From IMG/VR virus record IMGVR_UViG_2802429220_000015: a stretch of 32,883 bases of DNA, one strand, 5' to 3'. This stretch comes from a virus (Duplodnaviria > Heunggongvirae > Uroviricota > Caudoviricetes). Of the stretch, positions 16,154 through 24,501 are shown piece after piece. Under the pieces are notes generated by a model, which saw only the letters and a program-made list of their open reading frames with translations, ran no database searches and was not told where the DNA came from. Position 1 is the stretch's first letter. Each line of letters begins with the position of its first letter. A program made the translations under genes and the position numbers.

Positions 16154-17306
16154 CGATGTTGACCTGGGGTATGCGTACACACTGAAACCGGAAGAAGCGA
16201 TTAAGTATTTCGAAAGTAAGGGATACGTTATCGGCTTCCGCTGGCACGATGTGAAGGATATCGCCAACGCCCGGGCGTTCACGGTGGCTGGCGTGCTGAA
16301 ACTGGATGTGCTGAAGGATATCCGTGATGGCCTGACGGCCGCACTGGCTGACGGCGGGACGTTCCGGGAGTTTGCTGCACAACTGGAGCCACTGCTGGAG
16401 AAAAAAGGCTGGCTGGGTAAAAAACTGATTGTGGACGAGGACACCGGCGAACTGCACGGCAGACAGCTGACGCCGCGCCGGTTGCGCACGATATTTGATA
16501 CCAACATTCAGTCGTCCTACAACGCCGGACGTTATCAGCAACAGATGGCGAACGTGGCCGACCGGCCTTATTTTGAGCGCGTGGCGGTGATGGACCTTCA
16601 CACACGCCCGAAACACGCCGCCCTGAACGGCTTTACCGCCCGGGCGGATGACCCGGTCTGGGAGTATTTCTACGCCCCTGACGGGTACGGATGCCGCTGC
16701 CGTATCCGGGCGCGTTCGGCGTCTGATGTGGAGAAATATGGCCTGACGGTGCAGAGCAGCGAGGGGCGACTGGTTGAGGTTGAGCAGGAATATGGCCAGC
16801 CGGGCCTGACCATCAGAACAATGGGACTGAAGATGCCGGACGGCTCCGTGTATACCGCCGACCCGGGCTTCGGATTTAATCCCGGTCGGGTGGCATGGCA
16901 GCCGGAACTGGAGAAATATGATTACCGCAGTGCCCGCCAGTATGTCACCGGCACTCTGACCGGGCCGGATTTTGCCCGGGGACTGGCGAACGTCAGCGAA
17001 CTGGATGCGCGCCAGCGATATCCGCTGGCCATCCGTTCACCGGAACAGGTCGCCGCCACGGGCGCTGCACGGCAGACGGTAAACCTTACGGCTGACGTTA
17101 TGAAGCGCCTCAGTGCAACAGACACGCCCCCGGCCGCCGCCGACTATGTGCTGATGCAGCAGACCATCGAACGGGCGGAGCATGTCACGCAGGACGGCAA
17201 CGCGTGGCGGTATGCGTTACAGTCGGGCGACCGCTGGTCAGTGGCGACGGTTGAGGATGACGTGCTGACAGACTGGGTTATGCAGGATACCCCGGAGGCA
17301 TCATGA
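16140..17306 (+). CDS. Mu F-like head morphogenesis protein (gp30-like)
   Basis: 388-aa product; overlaps the portal stop; position and size as in Mu. Confidence 0.82.
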   Translation: MPTADDVDLGYAYTLKPEEAIKYFESKGYVIGFRWHDVKDIANARAFTVAGVLKLDVLKDIRDGLTAALADGGTFREFAAQLEPLLEKKGWLGKKLIVDEDTGELHGRQLTPRRLRTIFDTNIQSSYNAGRYQQQMANVADRPYFERVAVMDLHTRPKHAALNGFTARADDPVWEYFYAPDGYGCRCRIRARSASDVEKYGLTVQSSEGRLVEVEQEYGQPGLTIRTMGLKMPDGSVYTADPGFGFNPGRVAWQPELEKYDYRSARQYVTGTLTGPDFARGLANVSELDARQRYPLAIRSPEQVAATGAARQTVNLTADVMKRLSATDTPPAAADYVLMQQTIERAEHVTQDGNAWRYALQSGDRWSVATVEDDVLTDWVMQDTPEAS

Positions 17307-17854
17307 GCAACGGTAAACTGGATATTAAGATTGATTTAAGCGCGTATAACACCACGCTGGGGAAACTGATTCGTTCCGTGAAGGACCGGCGCGATCTGAT
17401 GACGGCACTTGCGGGTTCCATGCTGGATGCGGTTGAGACTAACTTTGAACAACAGGGGCGCCCGAAATGGATGGGCTGGAGTCCGGCTTATGCGAAACGG
17501 CGCGGCCCCGGGCAAATCCTTCAGAAATCCGGGCGACTGGCTGCCAGTATCCGCTCTGCGGTTAACAATAACGAGGCCACGGTCGGGACAAACGTCCGTT
17601 ATGCCCGTATCCACAACGAAGGCGGCGAAATCCGCCATCAGGCACGGACGCAGAACCTGTATTTTAAACAGTACAAAAACGGCAGCGTCAGCACCCGCTT
17701 TGTGAAAAAGCGCAACAGTAATTTTGTGCAGAGCGCAACGGTCGGAGCGTATACGGTCAACATGCCCGCGCGCCCCTTCCTTCAGCTTGTACAGGACGAC
17801 ATCGACGAGCTGGAGAACACCGCAAACCGCTATTTTGCGCGTGTGATTGACTGA
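17303..17854 (+). CDS. Mu G-like virion morphogenesis protein (gp31-like)
   Basis: 183-aa product; ATGA overlap with the F gene. Confidence 0.78.
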   Translation: MSNGKLDIKIDLSAYNTTLGKLIRSVKDRRDLMTALAGSMLDAVETNFEQQGRPKWMGWSPAYAKRRGPGQILQKSGRLAASIRSAVNNNEATVGTNVRYARIHNEGGEIRHQARTQNLYFKQYKNGSVSTRFVKKRNSNFVQSATVGAYTVNMPARPFLQLVQDDIDELENTANRYFARVID

Positions 17855-18054
17855 ATGACCACAAACGCGCTGTAATCGTCTGTGGCAACATAAACGCCTC
17901 ACGGATGAGGCATTACAGCACCGCACCCCGTAAATGCTGTCAGAATCGTTTTTAAAAGGGTTTTAAAAACGGTTTTATTTCCCCTTTTATCCTTTCGCGT
18001 TATGGCTGGGTGCTGAACACCCTCCACAGTACCCCGTGTTCCCCTTCCGTCATC
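17855..18054. promoter_or_regulatory. G-I intergenic control region: phased A/T tracts plus candidate late promoter; possible strong gyrase site
   Basis: 200-bp noncoding gap. T/A tracts with about 12-bp period at 17949..17990; small hairpin GCCTCA-CGGA-TGAGGC at 17896..17911; motif GTGCTGAACACCCTC at 18010..18024. In Mu the strong gyrase site and the I-gene late promoter map to the G-I interval (established knowledge; inference for this sequence). Confidence 0.5.
18010..18024 (+). promoter_or_regulatory. Repeated 15-bp motif GTGCTGAACACCCTC, copy upstream of the protease/scaffold gene
   Basis: Exact 15-mer also present at 29930..29944; ends about 30 bp before the candidate start of gene I. 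Confidence 0.5.
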
Positions 18055-19179
18055 ATGCCGCGTATGAAACTGAACATTGCGGCGTTAAGCCTCGAAATTA
18101 CTAAAGCAACCCACAGCGAAATCCAGCTGTTTCCGGCGGGCGAGTTCAGCGCGGTGGATGGTCGCCCACATACCGATGAAGTCGAAAGCGGTAAATGGGT
18201 GCTGACCGCTGAACTGGCCGCGCAGCTTGTCGCGCAGGTGGCCGCCCGTACCACGCCTTTTGTCATTGATTACGAACATCAGACGCTGCGCGCCGTAAAC
18301 AACGGCAAGCCCGCCCCGGCGGCGGGCTGGTTCAGCCAGGTGGAATGGCGAGAAGGCGCGGGCCTGTATGCCACCGGTGTGGAGTGGACGGATAACGCGG
18401 TGGCCATGATTGCCGCCGGTGAGTACAAATTTATTTCCCCTGTTTTTGCCTACAACAAGCGCGGCGAAGTGCTGGAGCTGTTACATGCTGCGCTGACCAA
18501 TACCCCGGCGCTCGACGGTATGGACGCGGTCATGCTGGCTGCGGCCAGCCGTCTGGCGAGTCTGTCAACTGAAACGGAGAACACAACGGTGGATGAAGAA
18601 CTGTTAAACGACTTGCTGTCCAGTCTGCGCTGGATGCTTAACCTCCCGGTTACCTCAACGGCGGAAGATATCAAAAACGAGCTGCAAAAGGTCGTTGACA
18701 TGATTTCGAACGGTCAGGGAACGGCGGCGGCATCCGTCAGCCTGCTGGCCCTGCTGAATCAGAAAGACGAGCAAATCGCCAGCCTGTCAGCCAGTGCCTA
18801 TGACCCGTCAAAACACATTTCCCTTGCGGCCTTTGAAGAACTTCAGGGGCGTTATGCCGCACTGGCGCAACAGTCCGGTGAGGCCGAAGCCGGGGCACTG
18901 ATTCAGGCGGCGCTGTCTGACGGGCGACTGCTTCCGGCGCAGGAAGACTGGGCGAAAGATTACGCCAGCCGCGATATCAACGGCTTTAAGTCCTGGCTGG
19001 ATAACGCACCAAAACTTGTTGCACTCAGTCAGACCCAGACCGGCGGTAAACCACCCCAAACGCCGTCGCCTGCCCCGGCGCAGATTAAAACCGGTGATGA
19101 CATCGATGTCGATATCGCCATTTGTTCAATGATGGGCGTTGATCCAGAGGATGTCGCCCGTTACGCAGGAGACAAGTAA
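18055..19179 (+). CDS. Head protease/scaffold protein (Mu I-like)
   Basis: Large ORF after G, as in Mu; start taken at the internal ATG (MPRMKLNIAAL...) because the track start lies inside the regulatory motif; 18064 is an alternative. Confidence 0.78.
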   Translation: MPRMKLNIAALSLEITKATHSEIQLFPAGEFSAVDGRPHTDEVESGKWVLTAELAAQLVAQVAARTTPFVIDYEHQTLRAVNNGKPAPAAGWFSQVEWREGAGLYATGVEWTDNAVAMIAAGEYKFISPVFAYNKRGEVLELLHAALTNTPALDGMDAVMLAAASRLASLSTETENTTVDEELLNDLLSSLRWMLNLPVTSTAEDIKNELQKVVDMISNGQGTAAASVSLLALLNQKDEQIASLSASAYDPSKHISLAAFEELQGRYAALAQQSGEAEAGALIQAALSDGRLLPAQEDWAKDYASRDINGFKSWLDNAPKLVALSQTQTGGKPPQTPSPAPAQIKTGDDIDVDIAICSMMGVDPEDVARYAGDK

Positions 19180-19575
19180 ATGGATCGCAATACCCCCTAT
19201 CGTGACGGCGAGCTGAACCCGGTGCCGGTTGCCGCTGCGACCGAAATTTTTGGCGGCCATATGGTGGCCGTTAACGCATCCGGTTATGCCGTTCCGGCCA
19301 GTGCCACGGCCTCACAGATTACGCTGGGCGTGTCTGATGGCTGGGTGGATAACAGCACCGGCAGCGATGGCGACGCCACCGTTCTGGTGCGTTGCGGCAA
19401 AGCCTTTCTGATGGCGAACAGCACCTCAGACCCGGTCACGCAATCGCAGGTCGGCAAGGTGTGCTACGTGGAAGACAGCGTGACCGTGGCAAAAACCGAC
19501 AACAGCAGCGCCCGCCCTGTCGCCGGGAAAATAATCGGCATCGGTGACGATGGCGTCTGGGTTCATTTCAGTTAA
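19180..19575 (+). CDS. Hypothetical head-associated protein
   Basis: 131-aa Gly/Ser/Asp-rich product between protease/scaffold and major head genes; function unknown. Confidence 0.5.
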   Translation: MDRNTPYRDGELNPVPVAAATEIFGGHMVAVNASGYAVPASATASQITLGVSDGWVDNSTGSDGDATVLVRCGKAFLMANSTSDPVTQSQVGKVCYVEDSVTVAKTDNSSARPVAGKIIGIGDDGVWVHFS

Positions 19576-19585
19576 GGAGCAAAAC

Positions 19586-20494
19586 GTGATAGTCAACGTT
19601 AAAAACGTCAAACAGATTTTTATCAATCTGAAGGCCACCTTCCAGAAAGCCTTCGACCAGTCACCAACTGACTGGCAGAAGGTGGCAATGGAAGTGCCAT
19701 CAAACGGCAAGGAGAACGACTACAGCTGGTTAAGTCGTTTCCCGAAAATGCGCGAGTGGATTGGTGACAAGGTCGTTAAATCACTGGCGGCATTTAACTA
19801 CACCATCCGTAACAAGGACTGGGAAGCCACGGTTGAAGTCGATCGTAACGACATCGAGGACGACCAGATTATGGGCTATGCCCTTCAGGCGAAAGGGGCC
19901 GGACAGTCGGCGGCAGAGCTACCAGCAGATATTGTGGCGTCCCTTATCAGTAACGGTTTTACCAATCCCTGTTACGACGGCCAGCCGTTCTTTGATACCG
20001 ACCACCTGGTCGCCGGTAAATCGGTGTCCAACAAAGGCACCAAAAAACTCAAAGTTGGCTCGCTTGCCGAGGCGAAAGCCTCCTACGGTGCCGCCCGTAC
20101 ATCCATGCGCAGCCTGAAAGATGACGAAGGCGCATCCCTTAAAATTCGCCCGAATCTGCTGGTTGTGCCACCGGCGCTGGAAGATGACGCGAACTACCTG
20201 ATGACCGCCGAGAAGTTCCCGGACGGTACGCCGAACCCGTACCGCAACACCGCCGACGTGCTGGTGATGCCGGAGCTGGCGTCGGATTCTGCATGGTTCC
20301 TGTTTGACACCACCAAACCGGTGAAACCGCTGATTTATCAGCTGCGTAAAAAGCCTGTTTTTGTGGAGCAGACGGACTACAGCAGCGACAACGTGTTCGC
20401 GCGTAAGAAGTTCCTGTTTGGTGCCGAAGCGCGCTGTAACGGCGGTTACGGCTTCTGGCAGATGGCATTTGGTTCTGATGGTACGACGGAGTAA
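19586..20494 (+). CDS. Major head subunit (Mu T / gp34-like)
   Basis: Motif DWQKVAMEVPSNGKENDYSWLSRFPKMREWIGDK is typical of Mu-like major head proteins; start placed at the GTG at 19586 with AAGGAG 6 nt upstream (track ATG at 19544 is the alternative). Confidence 0.88.
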   Translation: MIVNVKNVKQIFINLKATFQKAFDQSPTDWQKVAMEVPSNGKENDYSWLSRFPKMREWIGDKVVKSLAAFNYTIRNKDWEATVEVDRNDIEDDQIMGYALQAKGAGQSAAELPADIVASLISNGFTNPCYDGQPFFDTDHLVAGKSVSNKGTKKLKVGSLAEAKASYGAARTSMRSLKDDEGASLKIRPNLLVVPPALEDDANYLMTAEKFPDGTPNPYRNTADVLVMPELASDSAWFLFDTTKPVKPLIYQLRKKPVFVEQTDYSSDNVFARKKFLFGAEARCNGGYGFWQMAFGSDGTTE

Positions 20495-20497
20495 TGC

Positions 20498-20839
20498 ATG
20501 GAAAAGGTGATTGAAATTACCGCCCGCCGTGAAGGTTTTCGCCGCTGCGGTGTGGCGCACAGTGCAACCACGAAGGCATGGCCTGCGGATGCGTTCACCC
20601 CGGAACAGCTGGCGGTGCTGAAGGCTGACCCCATGCTGATTGTGGTGGAGCGCGATAAAGCGTCCGGCCAGAACGACGCGCTCCGGGGTGATGAACTGGC
20701 CGCACAGCTTGATGCCGAGCGTCAGAAAGTCAGCGAACTGACGGCGCAACTGGAAGAAGAGCGCCAGAAAGTCAGTGAACTGACCGCACGGCTGAACGCC
20801 GCACAGAAAACACAAAAAGCGGACAAAAAGGAGAAGTAA
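20498..20839 (+). CDS. Hypothetical protein with C-terminal coiled-coil tandem repeat
   Basis: 113-aa product; two 14-aa repeats ERQKVSELTAQLEE / ERQKVSELTARLNA encoded by an imperfect 42-nt tandem DNA repeat. Confidence 0.55.
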   Translation: MEKVIEITARREGFRRCGVAHSATTKAWPADAFTPEQLAVLKADPMLIVVERDKASGQNDALRGDELAAQLDAERQKVSELTAQLEEERQKVSELTARLNAAQKTQKADKKEK

Positions 20840-20842
20840 CCC

Positions 20843-21274
20843 ATGTCTTACGCCACACCGGAACAGTTCATCAGGGCGTTCAGTGAACGCGAGGCACGCA
20901 CACTGACGGATGAAGACATGACGGGATTCATCGACGAAGAAAAGCTGGCCTCCGCGCTTGCGCGTGCCAGTGCCCAGATTGATGGCTATCTGGTGGGGCG
21001 TTACCGGACCCCGTGGCCTGACAGCCCGGGGATTCTGGTGGGTTACTGCTGCGATATCGCCCGTTATCACCTGGCGACCGATTACCGTATCTGCTCAGAA
21101 GAAATTCAGATGCGCTACCGGGACGCCATCCGCTTTCTGGAGAAAGTCGCGGCAGGACAAATCAACCTCGGACGGGATACGTCCGGCAGCGTGATCCAGT
21201 CATCGTCACAGGTGCGTATCCGCTCCGGCTCCCGTCAGTTCGGGCGTGAGTCCACGCGGGGAGGTGCATTCTGA
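20843..21274 (+). CDS. Mu gp36-like protein (DUF1320-like)
   Basis: 143-aa product; features such as AQIDGYLVGRY and CCDIARYHLA fit my recollection of the gp36 family. Confidence 0.72.
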   Translation: MSYATPEQFIRAFSEREARTLTDEDMTGFIDEEKLASALARASAQIDGYLVGRYRTPWPDSPGILVGYCCDIARYHLATDYRICSEEIQMRYRDAIRFLEKVAAGQINLGRDTSGSVIQSSSQVRIRSGSRQFGRESTRGGAF

Positions 21275-21327
21275 TTACTGAAATTGAACGGGCGCTGGTT
21301 GAGCGTCTGCGCTGTGGTCTGGGGCAT

Positions 21328-21924
21328 ATGGTGCAGGATGTCCGCACCTATGCCGGTGAACTGGATGAAGACCCGGGCCGGATTGTTCGCAGCCTTCCGG
21401 CAGCCTGGGTGACGTTCGGCGGCATCGTGAAAACCGAACGCTATTCCACGTCACGCCGGAAATACATTGCCACCGGACGCTTTGTGGTTGTGGTGGGTGA
21501 TTACAACACCCGCAGCGAACAGAGCGCCAGACAGGGAGGCACCGTCCGGGATGAAGTCGGGACAAACCTGCTGGTTGAATCCGTCCGCCGTCTGCTGACC
21601 GGTCAGGATTTGGGGCTGGAGATTGATTATTTCGAACCCGGGCGGGTCAGGACGCTGTTTAACACCGGCGTGGCAGAGCGGGCAATGTCCGTATTTGCCT
21701 GTGAGTTCGATACCCGCTGGGTGGAGCACGCGCTGGAGAACGGCAAATGGCCGGAGCGCGGCGCAGAAGCGGACCGCCTCTTCAACCGCTACCACGGCAG
21801 GCTGTCAGACCCTGACCCGGAACTGCTGAACCTTGGCATCCTGTACCAGATGCAGGACAGCGACGCTGAAATATCAGGGCTGACTGAATTAAGAGAGCAA
21901 CAGCATGAACAAAATGAAGGTTAA
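21328..21924 (+). CDS. Mu gp37-like protein (DUF1834-like)
   Basis: Track ORF from the first in-frame ATG; the in-frame upstream sequence (ITEIERALVERLRCGLGH) looks like the conserved N-terminus of this family, so the true start may be at about 21274 (see findings). Confidence 0.7.
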   Translation: MVQDVRTYAGELDEDPGRIVRSLPAAWVTFGGIVKTERYSTSRRKYIATGRFVVVVGDYNTRSEQSARQGGTVRDEVGTNLLVESVRRLLTGQDLGLEIDYFEPGRVRTLFNTGVAERAMSVFACEFDTRWVEHALENGKWPERGAEADRLFNRYHGRLSDPDPELLNLGILYQMQDSDAEISGLTELREQQHEQNEG

Positions 21925-22147
21925 GGCGGCTCCCGGGATGAAGTTCCCGATGGAGGATAACGCCCGGAAATACATCACCACGGAAGCAGTGACCGTTGAG
22001 AACACCGCTTATTACCGGCGCGCCGTTCAGGACGGTGACCTGATTCTGGTGAAGGATGAGCCTGAAACCACCGTGACGGCTGAACAGGACGCCGTGCAGG
22101 TAAAAGCGAAGGCGAAGAGAGAGAAACAGGTGGATTCCGATGAGTGA
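21905..22147 (+). CDS. Mu gp38-like protein (DUF2635-like)
   Basis: 80-aa product MNKMKVKAAPGMKFPMEDNARKYITTEAVTVENTAYYRRAVQDGDLILV; small gene immediately before the sheath gene. Confidence 0.6.
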   Translation: MNKMKVKAAPGMKFPMEDNARKYITTEAVTVENTAYYRRAVQDGDLILVKDEPETTVTAEQDAVQVKAKAKREKQVDSDE

Positions 22148-23561
22148 AATTCAGTTTGACACCATTTCGGGCGGCATCCGTAAGCCCGGTGTGCATTTTG
22201 AGTTCAATACCCGGCTGGCCGTTAACACGCTGCCGGGTAACGAACAGCGTGTTCTGGTGATTGGCCCGATGCTGTCAGGCGGCACCGCCACGCCCCTGAA
22301 TGCGGTTTCCGTGTATTCCGAAGACGAAGCGGATTTGTATTTCGGGGCCGGTTCGCTGGCCGCTGCAATGGCGCGCGCGGCTATTAATGCCAACAGCTAT
22401 CTGCAACTGGATGTTATCGGTATTGCAGACAGTGGCGCAGGAAAGGCAGCAACCGGCGCGGTTACCGTCAGCGGTACGGCAATCAGCAGCGGCACACTGT
22501 CGGTATGGGTTGCTGGTGAGCAGGTCACGGTGGATGTGGAAACCGGCGATGAACCGTCGAAAATCATTCCTGCACTGGTGGAGGCAATGACGCAGACGCC
22601 ATCGCTTCTGGTCACGGGGGAATACAAATCAGAAGCCTCTCAGCTGACGGTGACCACCCGGACCAAAGGAGCCTGGGGGAATGACATTACCCTGTCAGCA
22701 TCCACCACGGCAGGTGGTCTGACCGTGAGCGCCACGCCGATGGCGAACGGTGAAATGGACCCGGATATTCAGCCCGCACTGGATGCGGTCTTTGCCGCCG
22801 GTCACAACATTCTGATTTGTCCGTTCAGTACCACGCCAGCCCTTGCCGCCCTGAAGCAGCATCTGGAGAAAACCGGGAACGCGATGGAACAGCGCGGCGC
22901 GATTGGCTGTGCGGGCTGGACGGGCAGTCTCGGAAACGGGATCACCCTGGCAGCCGGTGTGAACAGCGGGCGCGTGTCCGTCCCCTGGTATCGCGGCTCC
23001 GTGAAGCTGCCAGCGGTACTGGCTGCCATCTACGGCGCTGTGATGGCGGGCGAGGAAGACCCGGCGCGTCCGCTGAACTCGCTGGCGCTGTCCGGGCTGG
23101 ATGTGGTCGCCATGTCACAGCGTGAAAGCCGTAACGAGCAGGAAAACGCCCTGCATAACGGCCTGACGCCGGTTGAGGTTGGCCCGGGTAACACGGTGCA
23201 GATTGTGCGTGCGGTCAGTACGTACACGGTTAACGCACAGGGCGTGACTGACGTCTCGTTACTGGATATCACGTCCATCAGAACGCTGGACTACACCCGC
23301 AAGGCGTGCCGCGAACGCATCAGCCTTCGCTTCCCGCGCGAAAAACTCAGCACCCGCACTATCGCAAAAGTGGAAAGCGAACTGTATGACGTGCTGATTA
23401 AGCTGGAGGAAGCGGAAATTCTGGAGAACGTGGAAGCGAACAAGGCAAAGCTGCGCGTTCAGCGAAACGGGAAAGATGCAAACCGTCTCGACTGCGTGGT
23501 TCCGGCGGATGTGGTTAACGGCCTGCATGTGTTTGCCGGTCGCATCGACATGATTTTGTAA
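22140..23561 (+). CDS. Tail sheath protein (Mu L-like)
   Basis: 473-aa product in the conserved position before the tube gene. Confidence 0.88.
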   Translation: MSEIQFDTISGGIRKPGVHFEFNTRLAVNTLPGNEQRVLVIGPMLSGGTATPLNAVSVYSEDEADLYFGAGSLAAAMARAAINANSYLQLDVIGIADSGAGKAATGAVTVSGTAISSGTLSVWVAGEQVTVDVETGDEPSKIIPALVEAMTQTPSLLVTGEYKSEASQLTVTTRTKGAWGNDITLSASTTAGGLTVSATPMANGEMDPDIQPALDAVFAAGHNILICPFSTTPALAALKQHLEKTGNAMEQRGAIGCAGWTGSLGNGITLAAGVNSGRVSVPWYRGSVKLPAVLAAIYGAVMAGEEDPARPLNSLALSGLDVVAMSQRESRNEQENALHNGLTPVEVGPGNTVQIVRAVSTYTVNAQGVTDVSLLDITSIRTLDYTRKACRERISLRFPREKLSTRTIAKVESELYDVLIKLEEAEILENVEANKAKLRVQRNGKDANRLDCVVPADVVNGLHVFAGRIDMIL

Positions 23562-23573
23562 GGAGCGCGGTAA

Positions 23574-23948
23574 ATGTCCATTAAAGAATATGTCGGCTCG
23601 ATTGTGCTGGAGGTGGACAGCCAGGAAATCGAGATCACCGACTTCGATGTTCAGATCAACACCGGGCGAAAGCTGGTCAAGACCATGAACAAAACTGGCA
23701 GGGCAAAAGGCTTTGCCCGTGGCATTGCCACTTACGATATTTCAGTTTCGGCGGTTATCCCTGATACCAACGAGCCGGACTGGGAAAATCTGGAAGGTGT
23801 GAAAATTTCAATTTATCCGCTCAGCAACAGCGGCAAGCGCACCTCCTATCTGGACTGCTTCACTGTTGAAGTGGGTGAGAAATACACCGTCGACAGTGAA
23901 GCGAAAATTGATATCAAAATGGCTGCACTCAGGAAGGTGACAGGATGA
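23574..23948 (+). CDS. Tail tube protein (Mu M-like)
   Basis: 124-aa product between sheath and chaperone genes. Confidence 0.82.
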   Translation: MSIKEYVGSIVLEVDSQEIEITDFDVQINTGRKLVKTMNKTGRAKGFARGIATYDISVSAVIPDTNEPDWENLEGVKISIYPLSNSGKRTSYLDCFTVEVGEKYTVDSEAKIDIKMAALRKVTG

Positions 23949-24328
23949 CTTTGATTAATACACAGACCGGCGAACTGTCTGATGGCGTGGTATTTAACGG
24001 CACCGTTCATAAAAACTTTGAGCTGCGTCTGCCGGTCATGCGTGATAACGGGCAGGCACTGGAAGAAACCGAAGAACGCTTTCAGACGGTGGACGGCTTC
24101 GCGGCAGATTATTACTACCGTTGCGCAGTGATGGCGGCAACGCTGGTCCGTCTTGGGGATATCCCGCAGGAAGAACTGACGGCGGATCTGTTGCACGACA
24201 ACATGACGCCGGACGATTTTAATATTCTGCTGGCATCACGCAACGTCCTGAAGGTAAAGCGGAACGGCGGGAATCCCGGCTCGCCGGACTCCGGCTCGCA
24301 GTCCTTATCCTCGGGCGCTACGGAATAA
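23945..24328 (+). CDS. Tail assembly chaperone candidate
   Basis: 127-aa acidic product between tube and tape measure genes, the conserved position for tail assembly chaperones. Confidence 0.6.
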   Translation: MTLINTQTGELSDGVVFNGTVHKNFELRLPVMRDNGQALEETEERFQTVDGFAADYYYRCAVMAATLVRLGDIPQEELTADLLHDNMTPDDFNILLASRNVLKVKRNGGNPGSPDSGSQSLSSGATE

Positions 24329-24342
24329 CCGAAGAGCAAATC

Positions 24343-24501
24343 ATGACCATGAGCCGTCCCGAGCTGGACGGCTGGCTTGCCGCCGTTGACAGGCTGAACG
24401 GCGGCGGTTCAGGAAGAAAGGACACCTCACAGACCACCCGCCAGTCATTTAAATCCCTCAGAAAGAAACGCAGAAAAGGTAAGCAGAAAAATGGCCGGTA
24501 A
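24343..24501 (+). CDS. Small basic ORF in the -1 frame; possible frameshift extension of the chaperone
   Basis: 52-codon ORF not in the track (under 60 aa); the same reading frame is open from about 24223, overlapping the chaperone 3' end; ends inside the tape measure gene start. Confidence 0.3.
   Translation: MTMSRPELDGWLAAVDRLNGGGSGRKDTSQTTRQSFKSLRKKRRKGKQKNGR

Noticed and set aside
15461-16507. 348-aa ORF on the minus strand
   Set aside because: Lies entirely inside the portal and F genes on the plus strand; its Ala/Arg/Ser/Pro-rich composition is typical of antisense frames in GC-rich coding DNA; no RBS context.
17896-17911. Hairpin after the G gene as a terminator
   Set aside because: Short 6-bp stem with no following uridine tract.
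19919-21070. 383-aa ORF on the minus strand
   Set aside because: Antisense to the major head and gp36-like genes; Arg/Gly-rich composition typical of a spurious frame.
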